The notes beneath the pieces were generated by a model. That model ran no database searches. It saw only the letters and a program-made list of their open reading frames with translations, and had not been told where the DNA came from. DNA of 61,423 bases from Octopus bimaculoides (lineage: Eukaryota): assembly GCF_001194135.2 (NCBI RefSeq), contig NC_068995.1, positions 52,962,456 through 53,023,878 of the forward strand, written 5' to 3'. This document shows, piece after piece, positions 37,060-49,785 of the stretch. The translations under genes were made by a program, and so were the position numbers. Every line of letters starts with the position of its first letter. The first letter of the stretch is position 1.

Positions 37060-39460
37060 GTGACAATGATGATGATTTCTAANNNNNNNNNNNNNNNNNN
37101 NNNNNNNNNNNNNNNNNNNNNNNNNNNNNNNNNNNNNNNNNNNNNNNNNNNNNNNNNNNNNNNNNNNNNNNNNNNNNNNNNNNNNNNNNNNNNNNNNNNN
37201 NNNNNNNNNNNNNNNNNNNNNNNNNNNNNNNNNNNNNNNNNNNNNNNNNNNNNNNNNNNNNNNNNNNNNNNNNNNNNNNNNNNNNNNNNNNNNNNNNNNN
37301 NNNNNNNNNNNNNNNNNNNNNNNNNNNNNNNNNNNNNNNNNNNNNNNNNNNNNNNNNNNNNNNNNNNNNNNNNNNNNNNNNNNNNNNNNNNNNNNNNNNN
37401 NNNNNNNNNNNNNNNNNNNNNNNNNNNNNNNNNNNNNNNNNNNNNNNNNNNNNNNNNNNNNNNNNNNNNNNNNNNNNNNNNNNNNNNNNNNNNNNNNNNN
37501 NNNNNNNNNNNNNNNNNNNNNNNNNNNNNNNNNNNNNNNNNNNNNNNNNNNNNNNNNNNNNNNNNNNNNNNNNNNNNNNNNNNNNNNNNNNNNNNNNNNN
37601 NNNNNNNNNNNNNNNNNNNNNNNNNNNNNNNNNNNNNNNNNNNNNNNNNNNNNNNNNNNNNNNNNNNNNNNNNNNNNNNNNNNNNNNNNNNNNNNNNNNN
37701 NNNNNNNNNNNNNNNNNNNNNNNNNNNNNNNNNNNNNNNNNNNNNNNNNNNNNNNNNNNNNNNNNNNNNNNNNNNNNNNNNNACAACTTGACTGCAACAC
37801 TTCAAGAAGAAGAAGAAGAAGAAGAAGAAGAAGAAGAAGAAGAAGAAGAGGAGGAGGAGGAGGAGCAACAACAACAACAACCACAACAATAGCAGCACCA
37901 GCAACTGCTGTTGTATGCACGTATACAGGTGTCAGGTTCAGCTGTCAGAACATGGTTATTCCTATCTCAGCTTTTAGTGTCCGTTTTATTCTTACCGATT
38001 GTGAAACAGGTTGCACTTGTAGATACTTCATACATACGAGTGAGGTTGCGCGCGTGTGTGTGTGTGTGTGTGTGTAGAATGGTCTACAAGACGTAAGTCT
38101 GAAATCTGAGCAACCGGCAGTTCAATATCCCGTCTACCTCAGCTGGCGGAATCGTTGTTACACCGAGTAAAATGCTTAGCTACATTTCGTCCGTCTTTAC
38201 GTTCTGAGTTCAAATTCTGCTGAGATCGAATTGATATAATATATGATAATATTTCGGCAAAGATCAACGTATCATATGGCAATATTTCGGCAGCGATCTG
38301 AATGAAACAGTTGTAGTATCATGCAACAAAGACGAGCATCGGTTACCAAATGAAAAAAAAACTGCATAAACCACCCAATACAAGTTTTTGATGTAAGACG
38401 CCCGAGCAAAATCTTCAGAATTTCCTATTATGCTCACATGAAGAACTCAGTTATAAAGAGAATCATCTGAATTTCGAGATACTGTAAATAAACGGAGAAT
38501 GCGACACATTAGTCATTCCACCGCGGGGTAAATAGTTAAAGTGCAAGGACAGCGTTGTGAAGGATGCTAAGAGGTGGAAGGAAAAGGCGAGGAAGACCAG
38601 AGGTCATATGATGTCGAACGAACTCGAAGGTTGCCGACTAAAACACGCAACTGATTTAGAACATTGTAAGACTACTCCCTGACACCAATACATTCTCAGT
38701 AATGGACTGGCAATGTGAGTATGTGAATTTGTACGTGTCTGTATATTGTATATGTATCTGCCTGTCTCTATATGTGTTTGCATGTGTGTACACGTCGGTG
38801 ATGTCTGCACTTGACTGCGTGTGTATGAACAAGAGAGCAGAACAGACGTTTTTTTTTTTTTTTGTATCTGGCAAATTACTGTGAAATTTCCGGTGTCGGG
38901 CCGAGCTGGGACAATAGTTGACAAAGTGGAGTAGAGTGAGAGTTGATGATTTGTAAGCATCAAAGCCGTCAGAGGAAGGATGTCGTCCGTAATACTAAGC
39001 AACACTCAACCAGTTAAAGATACGCTGATTGCTCTGCTTGTCTCTGATAAAATCTCTGTTTGTCTGGCGTTATCACTGCTTGTGTGTGTGTGTGTGTGTG
39101 TNNNNNNNNNNNNNNNNNNNNNNNNNNNNNNNNNNNNNNNNNNNNNNNNNNNNNNNNNNNNNNNNNNNNNNNNNNNNNNNNNNNNNNNNNNNNNNNNNNN
39201 NNNNNNNNNNNNNNNNNNNNNNNNNNNNNNNNNNNNNNNNNNNNNNNNNNNNNNNNNNNNNNNNNNNNNNNNNNNNNNNNNNNNNNNNNNNNNNNNNNNN
39301 NNNNNNNNNNNNNNNNNNNNNNNNNNNNNNNNNNNNNNNNNNNNNNNCATTACTGTATCTGTGTGTTGTTTTATGGTAGTTTATTTATGTATCAATGCAA
39401 ACAAGCGTGTGTTAGCCATTGTTAGCATGTACGAAGTATTTTTTTTTACTGTAGGTGCCA

Positions 39461-39506
<46 letters not shown>

Positions 39507-40632
39507 GTACATGCAAATGTCGGTTAGTATATGCTAGCGTGTGTTAATATGTTTTAATATGTGTTAGTATGTGCTATTGTGTGACCCAAATGAACGTAAT
39601 GTGTGTGTGAGTGTGAGAGAGAGTCTTATGTCAGTGTGTGACGTATGTCTGAGTTTCTCGTAACTTGTGAGAGTGAGTGGTCTGTTAGTCTCTGTGCGCA
39701 TATGGACGTATGTGCATGTACATATGCACATGTGTGTGTGAGAGAGAGACAGAGAGAAAGAGAAAGAGGGAGAGACGGAGATAGAAAGTGGGAGAGCGAT
39801 GGCTACTCTTATGCTTCACTGGTTGAGTCTAAGCATGTCTGGGAACTAGCACTGAACCAATATTGTTACAGTAACTTTATTCTCAATTTCAACTTCCGGT
39901 TAACGTTATGAGGTCGTCGCTTCTTTTTGTGTCTTTTATTTATCATATTCTTTTTCGCATTTATGTTTTTGATAGTTATAGATATGTCTTGCTCTTTACC
40001 TACAGATTACACCGTCTGTTCACACACCCATACACACACTGTGCACGCGCAACACACACACTGTGCACGCGCAACACACACACACATATATATATATGTG
40101 TTGTATTTTCTGTCAGCTCGTCGTCTTCCGTTTCAAATTTTGGCAAGAGAGCAGCAATTCTAAGGGAGGAGCATGTCAATTACATTGACCCCCAGGGCTT
40201 GACTGGTGGTTTTATTTTATTGATTGCTGAAGGGTGAAAGGCAAAGTCGACATTAGCAGAAATTGAACTCTGAATGTAAAGAGTTAGAGCAAAATATTTT
40301 CTATCACACTTAACGATTCTCTCGGCTCACTGCCCGTAGGGAGGGAAGAAGGCAAAATTTTGAGAAAAGAGTTAGTCAAACCAGTTCTTGATTAGTCAAG
40401 AACAGGTCAAACTATCACTTGATATTTATCGATCTCAGAGGAATGAAAAGTAAAGGCTTGCGTATGGATCTACAAAGGACAACGCCCTTACCTTAGTAAA
40501 AGAACAAAGTTACAGAAGCATCGATGACAATTCGAAGCGAAAACTAGGAAAGAAAGACCTTTCTTTGGGGAAACATGACACAATACAGAAAAATCCGAAA
40601 GGAAACCAGGCTCTGACCTGGAACCTACAAAG

Positions 40633-40725
40633 GAGGCGGATGAGAGGACGCCCATAGAGGCAGACGAGAGGATGCCCATAGAGGCAAAAGAGAGGACGCC
40701 CATAGAGGCAGAAGAGAGGACGCCC
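40633..40725 (+). repeat. 24-bp minisatellite, about 3.5 copies, in a purine-rich decayed coding-like tract
   Basis: GAGAGGAYGCCCATAGAGGCARAM at 40642, 40666 and 40690, partial at 40714. Confidence 0.9.
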
Positions 40726-41421
40726 TTAAAACAGCTGGAAGTGCGACATTGAGGAAGAGCTGAAGAAGTGAAGATCGAACTGGAAAGAAACAGAAAATAC
40801 AGACAAAATTCAAAAAGAGAAGAAAAGTCGTCGATGGCCAATGCTCCATAGGGAGGGAAGGAGTTGAGTAAAGCAAATAACATGGATAATGACCGAGAGT
40901 AGATTAAACCCTTCCTCGGGGGGCCACCTCTGCTCTTATGCATCTTATATGCCGAGATATATAATATATCGATTCCTTTCTTTGCCAAAAAGGTCATATA
41001 ATAATGATAGGGATAATAACATGATGATTTATAACATTGGCGTTAGGCCACATACTTCGTGGAGATGTAGATCGTTGATTAAATTAGCTGCAATGCTTGA
41101 CTAATGGTTAGGTTATCGACTTCCATGGGGATAAAAATAAAAAGCATAGTGAACTTCATTGAGATTCGAACTCAGTAGAAAAAGAAAGATATCAAAATTA
41201 CTGCACGGCAAATAAGAAAAGACTCAAGAACGGCTTAAACGAATAAGATCTCCCAAATGTGTTTGGGAGATGACTAAGCGGAGTGCAGAGGCTTAATGAT
41301 TGAGCTAAAAGACAGAGGGGGGAGGGAGGGAGGGAGGAGAGAGATGTAGATAGATACGTAGATAGACAAGTAGACAGCCAGACAGCCAGTCAGACAGGGA
41401 GAGACTAAAAGACAGACAGAC

Positions 41422-41475
<54 letters not shown>

Positions 41476-42268
41476 GCANNNNNNNNNNNNNNNNNNNNNN
41501 NNNNNNNNNNNNNNNNNNNNNNNNNNNNNNNNNNNNNNNNNNNNNNNNNNNNNNNNNNNNNNNNNNNNNNNNNNNNNNNNNNNNNNNNNNNNNNNNNNNN
41601 NNNNNNNNNNNNNNNNNNNNNNNNNNNNNNNNNNNNNNNNNNNNNNNNNNNNNNNNNNNNNNNNNNNNNNNNNNNNNNNNNNNNNNNNNNNNNNNNNNNN
41701 NNNNNNNNNNNNNNNNNNNNNNNNNNNNNNNNNNNNNNNNNNNNNNNNNNNNNNNNNNNNNNNNNNNNNNNNNNNNNNNNNNNNNNNNNNNNNNNNNNNN
41801 NNNNNNNNNNNNNNNNNNNNNNNNNNNNNNNNNNNNNNNNNNNNNNNNNNNNNNNNNNNNNNNNNNNNNNNNNNNNNNNNNNNNNNNNNNNNNNNNNNNN
41901 NNNNNNNNNNNNNNNNNNNNNNNNNNNNNNNNNNNNNNNNNNNNNNNNNNNNNNNNNNNNNNNNNNNNNNNNNNNNNNNNNNNNNNNNNNNNNNNNNNNN
42001 NNNNNNNNNNNNNNNNNNNNNNNNNNNNNNNNNNNNNNNNNNNNNNNNNNNNNNNNNNNNNNNNNNNNNNNNNNNNNNNNNNNNNNNNNNNNNNNNNNNN
42101 NNNNNNNNNNNNNNNNNNNNNNNNNNNNNNNNNNNNNNNNNNNNNNNNNNTGTGTGTGTGTGTGTGTATGTGTGTGTGCTTAAGAGAGAGATTAAGTGTG
42201 TGTAGTGTAAGAGTGTATGCACGCCTGGTGTGTGTGTATGTCAGCATATATGTGATAGATGTGTGTGG

Positions 42269-42331
<63 letters not shown>

Positions 42332-42853
42332 AATGCTGGATTGTTTCAGTGTGTGCGAGTGTATGAACGTACACATGTGAGTACGCTGTCCCTGAATGTG
42401 TGATTTGTGTGTATAAACGTATGCGTATGACCGTAATCAACGCATGTATATGCACGTGTGAATACTAGCATATGCGTGCGGTATATTAATTAATTAATTA
42501 ATTAAAATTTTATGTCTCCATAATTACAAAAGAATGTAACTTATTTTAATCATAGATTTTCGATTATCTTCGAGAATTAATTTCGTGTTTGTTACCCAGT
42601 CTGAGAAAAATAGGGTCAACGCCCATAGCTCTTGCAGATCTTCCCAAATTGCTTCGATCGACGCAGTTCTTGTTATTGCTTAGCCTGATCCAGTCCTGAT
42701 CCAGTCCTGAACCAGTAAATATATGGTCAAAGATCTTCCAGCCTTGAAATTCTCATCCATTATAGAAAGACGGGCTTCAAATTATTCTGTATGTGTCCAT
42801 CTTTAGTTTCATGCCTTTGGCGTTGATAAATAAAGTATCATTTCGTGTAGGAT

Positions 42854-43000
42854 AAGATGGCGAACTGGCAAAATCGCTAGTGCACCAGACAAAATGGATA
42901 CAGGCATATCTTCCGGCCTTACGTTCTGAGTTCAAATTCGGCAGAGGTCGACTTTGCTTTCATCCGTTAGAGGTCGATAAAATAAATACCAGTTGAGTTC
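42854..43000 (+). mobile_element. SINE family A, 3' truncated
   Basis: AAGATGGCGAACTGGCAAAATCGCTAG...TTACGTTCTGAGTTCAAATTCGGCAGAGGTCGACTTTGC. Confidence 0.8.
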
Positions 43001-43042
43001 ACATAGGGTTAATGGAGGGCAAAATAACACGGTTGCAATCAT

Positions 43043-43360
43043 ATTAAAGTATCCCGAAAAAGGGGTACTCATATGGGATTAAAGGGGCCAGAGAAGAGCG
43101 TTCATATGACATTAGAGGAGCCAGAATAGGTTGTTTTTTTTTTATCATGTTAAAGAAGTAAAAAACATAGTAATGTTCGCATCTCTTTAAAGGTGCCAAA
43201 AAGAAGTGTTCACCTGTCACTAAACAGGGACCAGAAATAAGCATTAAAGGAGAAAAAAAGAGTTTTACATTTCATTAAAGGGACAAAAAGGAGCACTCTC
43301 ACGACTTTAAAGGAGTAAAGAAAGGATCGTACATATAGTGTTAAAAAGGCGGCAAAAACA
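43043..43360 (+). repeat. Highly degenerate ~33-bp tandem array (about 10 units)
   Basis: A TTAAAG(G)...AAAA-like motif starts at about 43043, 43078, 43111, 43149, 43186, 43219, 43243, 43274, 43306 and 43340. Confidence 0.6.
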
Positions 43361-45034
43361 AAAACACATGGAGAATTCGCAGGAAAAGGAGCGGTTACAT
43401 GGTATTCAAGAGGCAAATTCTTAAAACAATGAAAGTTTCGCAACACAATTCTACCAATCATTTCAAGATAAATCTGTAAACTCGGTAAATATCAACGACA
43501 ATTAAAGACAGTAAGATGCGATTTCAGAAGTGACTGCTTAGAGTCTCGTCTGTTTCGAACTGATTGAATCAACATAATCGATATTTAGATTCAACATATG
43601 TCGGACATAATATTTCTGAAGCCTAAAAGACTCTTCCAGGCAAGGAACGGTAGGAATGGGTACGAAAACATAAGCAAGGAATTGGTTCTTTTCTGCTGTT
43701 GTTATCCTTTAATCCCAGTGAATCGTGACCAAACTGATAAAATTATTCCAGCCATAACCTTCCTACATATTTGTATATGCATCATTGCATTATCCAATGT
43801 GTTTATCCTCTGTTGTAAGACAATGAAGAGTTAATATGAGGGGCATTTGGCTGCTATTTCTGGGGGTTTTTAACTTCTATACATGTACAGACTCTTTCGT
43901 TGGCCGGGAGGAAAGAGTTAGATAACGCAGAAATGCAATGAAAGAGAAAGAGGGAATGTGTTCAGCAAATTGTTTAGATGTAACGTCTGGGATTGTTTTT
44001 TAGGGATGAGTATGAAGGCATAAAAGGGATGACAAAAGGAAAAAGGGGAGGAGAAGGGGATAGGAGCTTGTAATGGGTTCAAAAGGTGTTTTTTGTCGTC
44101 GCTATTGAAGGGCCGGAAGGAGGGGACAACAAGTCGAAGGTTGAAAAAGGGTGCGTGTCGACAGTTGGTTGGGGTTTTTTTTTTTAAGAACCACCCTAGC
44201 CACCCCTATCACTACAGAATAAATCTACACAATTAGGGGGAAGTACTTAAGCCATGTATCTCAGTGATTAAATTGTCAGCTTCTCATTTAGACATGAACA
44301 ACGTTAAACGCAAGGGGAAAAAATTACTAAATAAAACTAAAAAACAACGATAACAATATTAAAAAATATATAATTTACATTGACAAAGAGTAATTATCAA
44401 CCTAATTAGAAATGTGTTTAATTGTATGAGTGAGTATGATTTTCTACGTGTATCTGTGCGCGTGCGTATCTATCTGTATATGCGTGTGTACGTGCATGTA
44501 TATGTGTATATGTATATGTATGTTTGCCTTTGTGTTTGCGCGAATCTGTACGCCTATGTGTACGCGCATGTATGCTGACGTATGCGTTTGCATATATGCG
44601 CGCATGCGTGTGCCTGTGTGTGAACGCTTAAGTGTATACGTGATGCGTAGATGTACGAGTATGGCTGATGCTGACACTAATAAATTGCCTTTTTTTTAAT
44701 TAGAAAAATATTTCTTAATCATTCAAATATCGGGTTGAAATAGGGAGGAGATTGGGGTCATGGGCTAGCTGTTGCCCCAAGCACAACCCCCTAAAATTGG
44801 TTTCGCCATTTTAACACTTCCATTGTCTAACTTAAACTATTTGGTTGTCATTAAGTCAATAAAACTGGTGAATGCGAAATATTAGATTAAAAACTTTGTT
44901 TTCTTTCGATTCGCCTTTAAGGCAATAAAAATACATTGCCTTAAATTATATTATCTTTTACTTCGGTCATGCTGAGGCAAGGCTTTGAAGGAATTTTGTC
45001 GTATTAACCGACCCTAGGGCTTACTTTTAATTTT

Positions 45035-45343
45035 AAAAAACCTGGTACTAGTTTTATCTGTCTCTTTGGCCGAATCATTAAGTTACGGGGACGTAAACAA
45101 ACCAACACCGACTGTGAAGCAGTGGTGGGGACAAACACAAACACACACAGAGATTTATATACATATGTGTATATATATATATATATNNNNNNNNNNNNNN
45201 NNNNNNNNNNNNNNNNNNNNNNNNNNNNNNNNNNNNNNNNNNNNNNNNNNNNNNNNNNNNNNNNNNNNNNNNNNNNNNNNNNNNNNNNNNNNNNNNNNNN
45301 NNNNNNNNNNNNNNNNNNNNNNNNNNNNNNNNNNNNNNNNNNN

Positions 45344-45381
<38 letters not shown>

Positions 45382-45523
45382 AACGGGATTCTTTCGGTTT
45401 CCGTATACCAAATCCACTCTCAAGGCTTTGGTCGCCCCAAGATTGTAGCAGAGTGCCATGAAGTGGGACTGAACTCGGTATCATGGAATTGAAAAGCAAA
45501 CTGTTTACCACACAGCCATGCCT
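45035..45523 (-). mobile_element. SINE family B interrupted by an assembly gap in its internal (AT)n tract
   Basis: TAAGTTACGGGGACGTAAACAAACCAACACCG before the gap; CGTATACCAAATCCACTCTCAAGGCTTTGG...TTACCACACAGCCATGCC after it. Confidence 0.85.
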
Positions 45524-46120
45524 TACTAAATAGCATTAAGCTATTAAACAAATTATTTCACTGATAACTAGAGCAACCGAAAATAAAAAAACGCAAATTT
45601 TTAAGACTCTTCTCTTCTGCCATTTTCATTAAGGTAAATCCGGCACAAGACAAAAAAATCCTCAGAGATCACCTTTCCCTTTGTGCTCAAGGCACGTGTA
45701 TATTTTGTGTAATGATTAATCCGACTCGTACTTGTGCGGATTAACTTCTTAGATTTCATTAAGGTCAGAGGTGAGAAGATTTAGTAAAAACAATAACTTT
45801 ATTCTATTTTCTCTATTTCTGTCATGTTTTACGAGACATTTTCTTTGTATTTTCCTTCCATCAATATTGGAAAATATTCAATGAAGTTGTTGTTGTTACT
45901 GTTTTTCGTGATGGGTTTGTTGTTGTTGTTGGTAGTGCTGGTGGAGTTATCGTTGTTGTTTGTGTTCAGGTCATCAGACAGACCTATGACTAAAATCACT
46001 CCAGTCGTGACCATCTAGTCAGATTAGTTTTCCTCTTCCCGGGTATTATATTATCCCGTGCATTTCCCTGTTTTAAGAATTTAGGATATAATTTGAAATG
46101 TAACTTAAAGGTGGAATTTA

Positions 46121-46715
46121 AAGATGGCAGAATCGTTCGCATGTCGGTCAAAATGCTTAGCGCCATTTCTTTCGACTTTACGTTCTGAGTTCAGTTCCCA
46201 CCGAAGTCGAATCCATCGTTTCGGGGTCGATAAAATAACTGGTGAATATTGAGGTCGGTGTAAACGACTTTCACGTAACTGCAAAACTGCTGGCCTTGTG
46301 CCAGAGCTGGCAGAATCGTTAGCACGCCGGACAAAATGTTAAGCGGCACTTCGTTCGTCTTTACGTTCTGATTTCAAATTCCACCGGGGTCGATAAAATA
46401 AGTACCAGCTGAACACTGAGGTCGATGAAATTGACTATTCCTCTCTCCTCAAATTTCGGGCCTGGTGCCAAGAGTAGAATTATTGTTGTTGTTATTGTTG
46501 AGGTGGCGAGCGGGCAGAATCGTTAGAACGCTGGGCGAAATGCTTAGCGATATTTCATCTACCGCTACATTCTGAGTTCGAATTCCGCCGAGGTTGACTT
46601 TGCCTTTCATCCTTTCGGGATCGATTAAATAAGTACCAGTTACACACTGAGGTCGATGTAATCGAATTAATCCCTTCTCCCAGACTTGAGGCCTTGTGCT
46701 TCCAATAGAAAAAAA
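46121..46715 (+). mobile_element. Three head-to-tail SINE family A copies
   Basis: Heads (TGGCAGAATCGTT) at about 46125, 46307 and 46512. Each is followed by a TTCTGA(G/T)TTC core and a tail-2 GGCCT(T/G)GTGC. Confidence 0.85.
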
Positions 46716-46732
46716 TTATCGTTGTTGTTGTA

Positions 46733-46765
<33 letters not shown>

Positions 46766-47194
46766 TTAATTACATCTTTACGTTTCTTTTTCACTTAGTT
46801 TTCTTCATTTACTTCATTTCGCTTTCTGCGTTTTTTTTTCTTTTTTTTTTTTTCTTGTCTTTCAGAAAAGCTGGAATGAGTCTAATTTGCTATTGTCGAA
46901 ATCTCCGGCAAATATTAAACCAGATAGAAATCTGTAAGTGATTAACAACATAATCTACTTAGTTCAACATGAATGGAAGTTTGTATGTGTAAGAAAGAGA
47001 GAGAGTGTGTGTGTGTGTGTGTGTGTGTGTGAGGAGAGAGGGAGAGGGGGATTGTGTGTATACATATTTACAGGTGCGTGAATGTGTTTCTATGTGCATG
47101 TGTACACACACACACACATGAATATACATAAATTTATATACATATAAATACATATATATATATATACATACATACATCACTTCAAAAACAAACC

Positions 47195-47226
<32 letters not shown>

Positions 47227-47334
47227 AAGAGAGAGAGAGAGAGATAGAGAAAGAGAGAGAGGAAGAGAGAGAGAGAGATTCGTATATACATATATTCCGT
47301 CTGCATGTGTTTGTACATATATATATTTATGCAT

Positions 47335-47371
<37 letters not shown>

Positions 47372-48222
47372 CGTACATATGTATATATGTTATATGCGTA
47401 TACGTACATATATATATATATATATATATGCATGCATACACATGTATATATAATGATATATATATGTGTATATATACTACATATGCATATATATGTGTGT
47501 GTGTGTATATGTATATATGTACATGTATAACAAATGCATATATGTATATGCGTTCGTGTTTATATATTTTTGTGGGTGCGTACATGTATGTGTGTGAGCG
47601 CATGTGTGTGTATGTATTTTTTGTTAATTTTGTCATGTTTTGTTTTGGTCTGTTCAATTCCTTTATTTATATATTTTTGTATTTATTTATTCATTGCTCC
47701 GAATACTATATCACATTCGTCAAAAGTATCGATTCTTATTTTTCTCAGGCTTGCTTATAAAATATGATGGCACAGATCCAAAACACTTTTCACTTCTGCT
47801 CGTTTCCCTACATCGACCTCATTTCTAACGTTGTTCTTATATCTTAAAACTGTGTCAAACCTTTGTATGCTCTCCCTCCATTATAGTATTTCCGCCATAA
47901 CATCAAACGTTGTGCAGGTCGTTGTGCGTTGAAGTACGCATGCGCTGTTGACTGACTGATGAATAAGTTAGAACACCTTGATTTTTATTCTTCCTCTCCG
48001 TACTCCTTCCTTGGCTTGATTAAATCTATGACACGGGTTCAATCCAAAGTTGAGCCGTGTCAACATGCATTATGGAAGTATGTCAGTGAGGGAGTTACTA
48101 TCACAACTCGATATGCTACAGATAGCAGCTAAATCTTCCTCAAGACACAGCAGCATCTACGGATTAAAAGCAGAGATAAATGAAGGCATTATTAGTTTAT
48201 TTGTCTACAAAGCCGCAGGTAT

Positions 48223-48602
48223 GGCTGGGAGGTACGAAATTTGCTTACTTGCCACTTAGTTCCTGGTTCAAGCTCTTTGAGAGACACCTTGAACAAGCCA
48301 TTTTGTTTTAGCCCCGAGCAGACCAAAACTTTGTGAGTGGATTTGGTAGACGGAAAAAGAAAGAAGCCCATCGTAATTGTTTCAGTTGTTTGACTGCGGC
48401 CATGCTGNNNNNNNNNNGGCTGGGAGGTACGAAATTTGCTTACTTGCCACTTAGTTCCTGGTTCAAGCTCTTTGAGAGACACCTTGAACAAGCCATTTTG
48501 TTTTAGCCCCGAGCAGACCAAAACTTTGTGAGTGGATTTGGTAGACGGAAAAAGAAAGAAGCCCATCGTAATTGTTTCAGTTGTTTGACTGCGGCCATGC
48601 TG
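48223..48602. other. Exact 185-bp duplication across a 10-N gap (probable assembly overlap artefact)
   Basis: 48223-48407 is identical to 48418-48602, and the two are separated only by N x10. Confidence 0.9.
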
Positions 48603-48808
48603 AAGCACTGTCTTTAGTCGAACAAATCTACCCCAGGACTTATTCTTTGTAAGCCTAGTATGGGTCTTTGATCGGTTTCGACGATGACTAAGGGATCTAA
48701 TTAGCGTGTAAGTAAGGGAATATTCTACCGACAAATGGACCTCTACCATAATCTTTCGATCCGTATCAACGAGTCAAATATAAACAAATTAATAACCTCC
48801 TCCACCGC

Positions 48809-48843
<35 letters not shown>

Positions 48844-49750
48844 CTGTGTCTGTTATGTGTATGTATATGTGCATATATGTACGCAATTTTTGTGGGGAAC
48901 GGTGGCTCTCGAAGCAAATAAACTATAAATGATAGCGTGTAAATGTTGGGCTTAGAAACTCTATGGATAACAAAAGTCAAAGGCGGGCCTAGGAACTCGA
49001 ACCCGCTTCTCCAGTAAAAGAATACAGGCGTTTATAGATTCTTATGGAGTCAACAATATGCAGATATACATACATGGACGCACACATACGCGTGCACACA
49101 CACATACACACACACACATGTATGTATGTATGCATGTATGTATGTATGAATGTATGTGTATATGTTTGTATGTAAGTGTGTCCGTATGTATGCATATGAA
49201 TGTGTGGGTATACATATACGTATGTATGTTTTGGTGTATTTATAATTGATCAAATATGACAGCGATAATTTTGTTTATCTGCGTGACTTCGTAAAAAAGC
49301 CTTCTTGAAGCTGCTTTGAAAATGTGTCACTACTGCAGTCTTTTTACGCTGTTATTGTTGTTGTTGCTGTTGTTGGTTGTGTTTCGTTGTTCGCAATGCG
49401 TTTTCTTCAATATATTTACTCGCCATGTTTTTCCTTCCTCTCAAATATCTAAGGATCATTATTTCAATACATCGAACGATACTGTGTTTGATATAAGGCA
49501 TCTTTTTTTAATGTTACGTTTCGTTTGCGTGTACGCATGCAATTCACACACACAAGCATACATACATACATGCATACATACATATATATATATGAATATA
49601 TTTATATATTTTAATATATAAATATATATATATATTAAACTCCCCACCAAAAAAAAAAAAAACAGGTAGAAACACAAGAAAAACACAACAACGCGAGCAC
49701 GTGGTACATGTAAAGTATTAGCAGACGCTCAGGGAAAGAAAGGAAGGTGG

Positions 49751-49785
49751 TTTTACGTTTCGAGCAAAGATCTTCGTCAGAAAGA
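49751..49785 (-). ncRNA. Minimal hammerhead-like motif (family H3), core intact, one stem II mismatch
   Basis: Minus strand TCTTT CTGACGA A GATC TTT GCTC GAAAC GTA AAACC. Stem I has 3 bp; stem II GATC/GCTC has one T-C mismatch. Confidence 0.6.

Noticed and set aside
10395-38092. Putative micro-exons at 10395-10424, 10804-10845, 28678-28712 and 38078-38092 (AG...GTAAG)
   Set aside because: GTAAG and short AG-bounded segments are expected many times by chance in 61 kb of AT-rich DNA. No recognisable peptide; RNA-seq would be needed.
40488-40997. 169-aa minus-strand ORF with SSASMGVL repeats
   Set aside because: It is the antisense of a purine-rich tract containing the 24-bp minisatellite. The plus frame looks more protein-like but has stops.
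6614-42715. Small tandem duplications: 21 bp at about 6614, 14 bp at about 15910, 11 bp x3 at about 42684
   Set aside because: Ordinary replication-slippage products.
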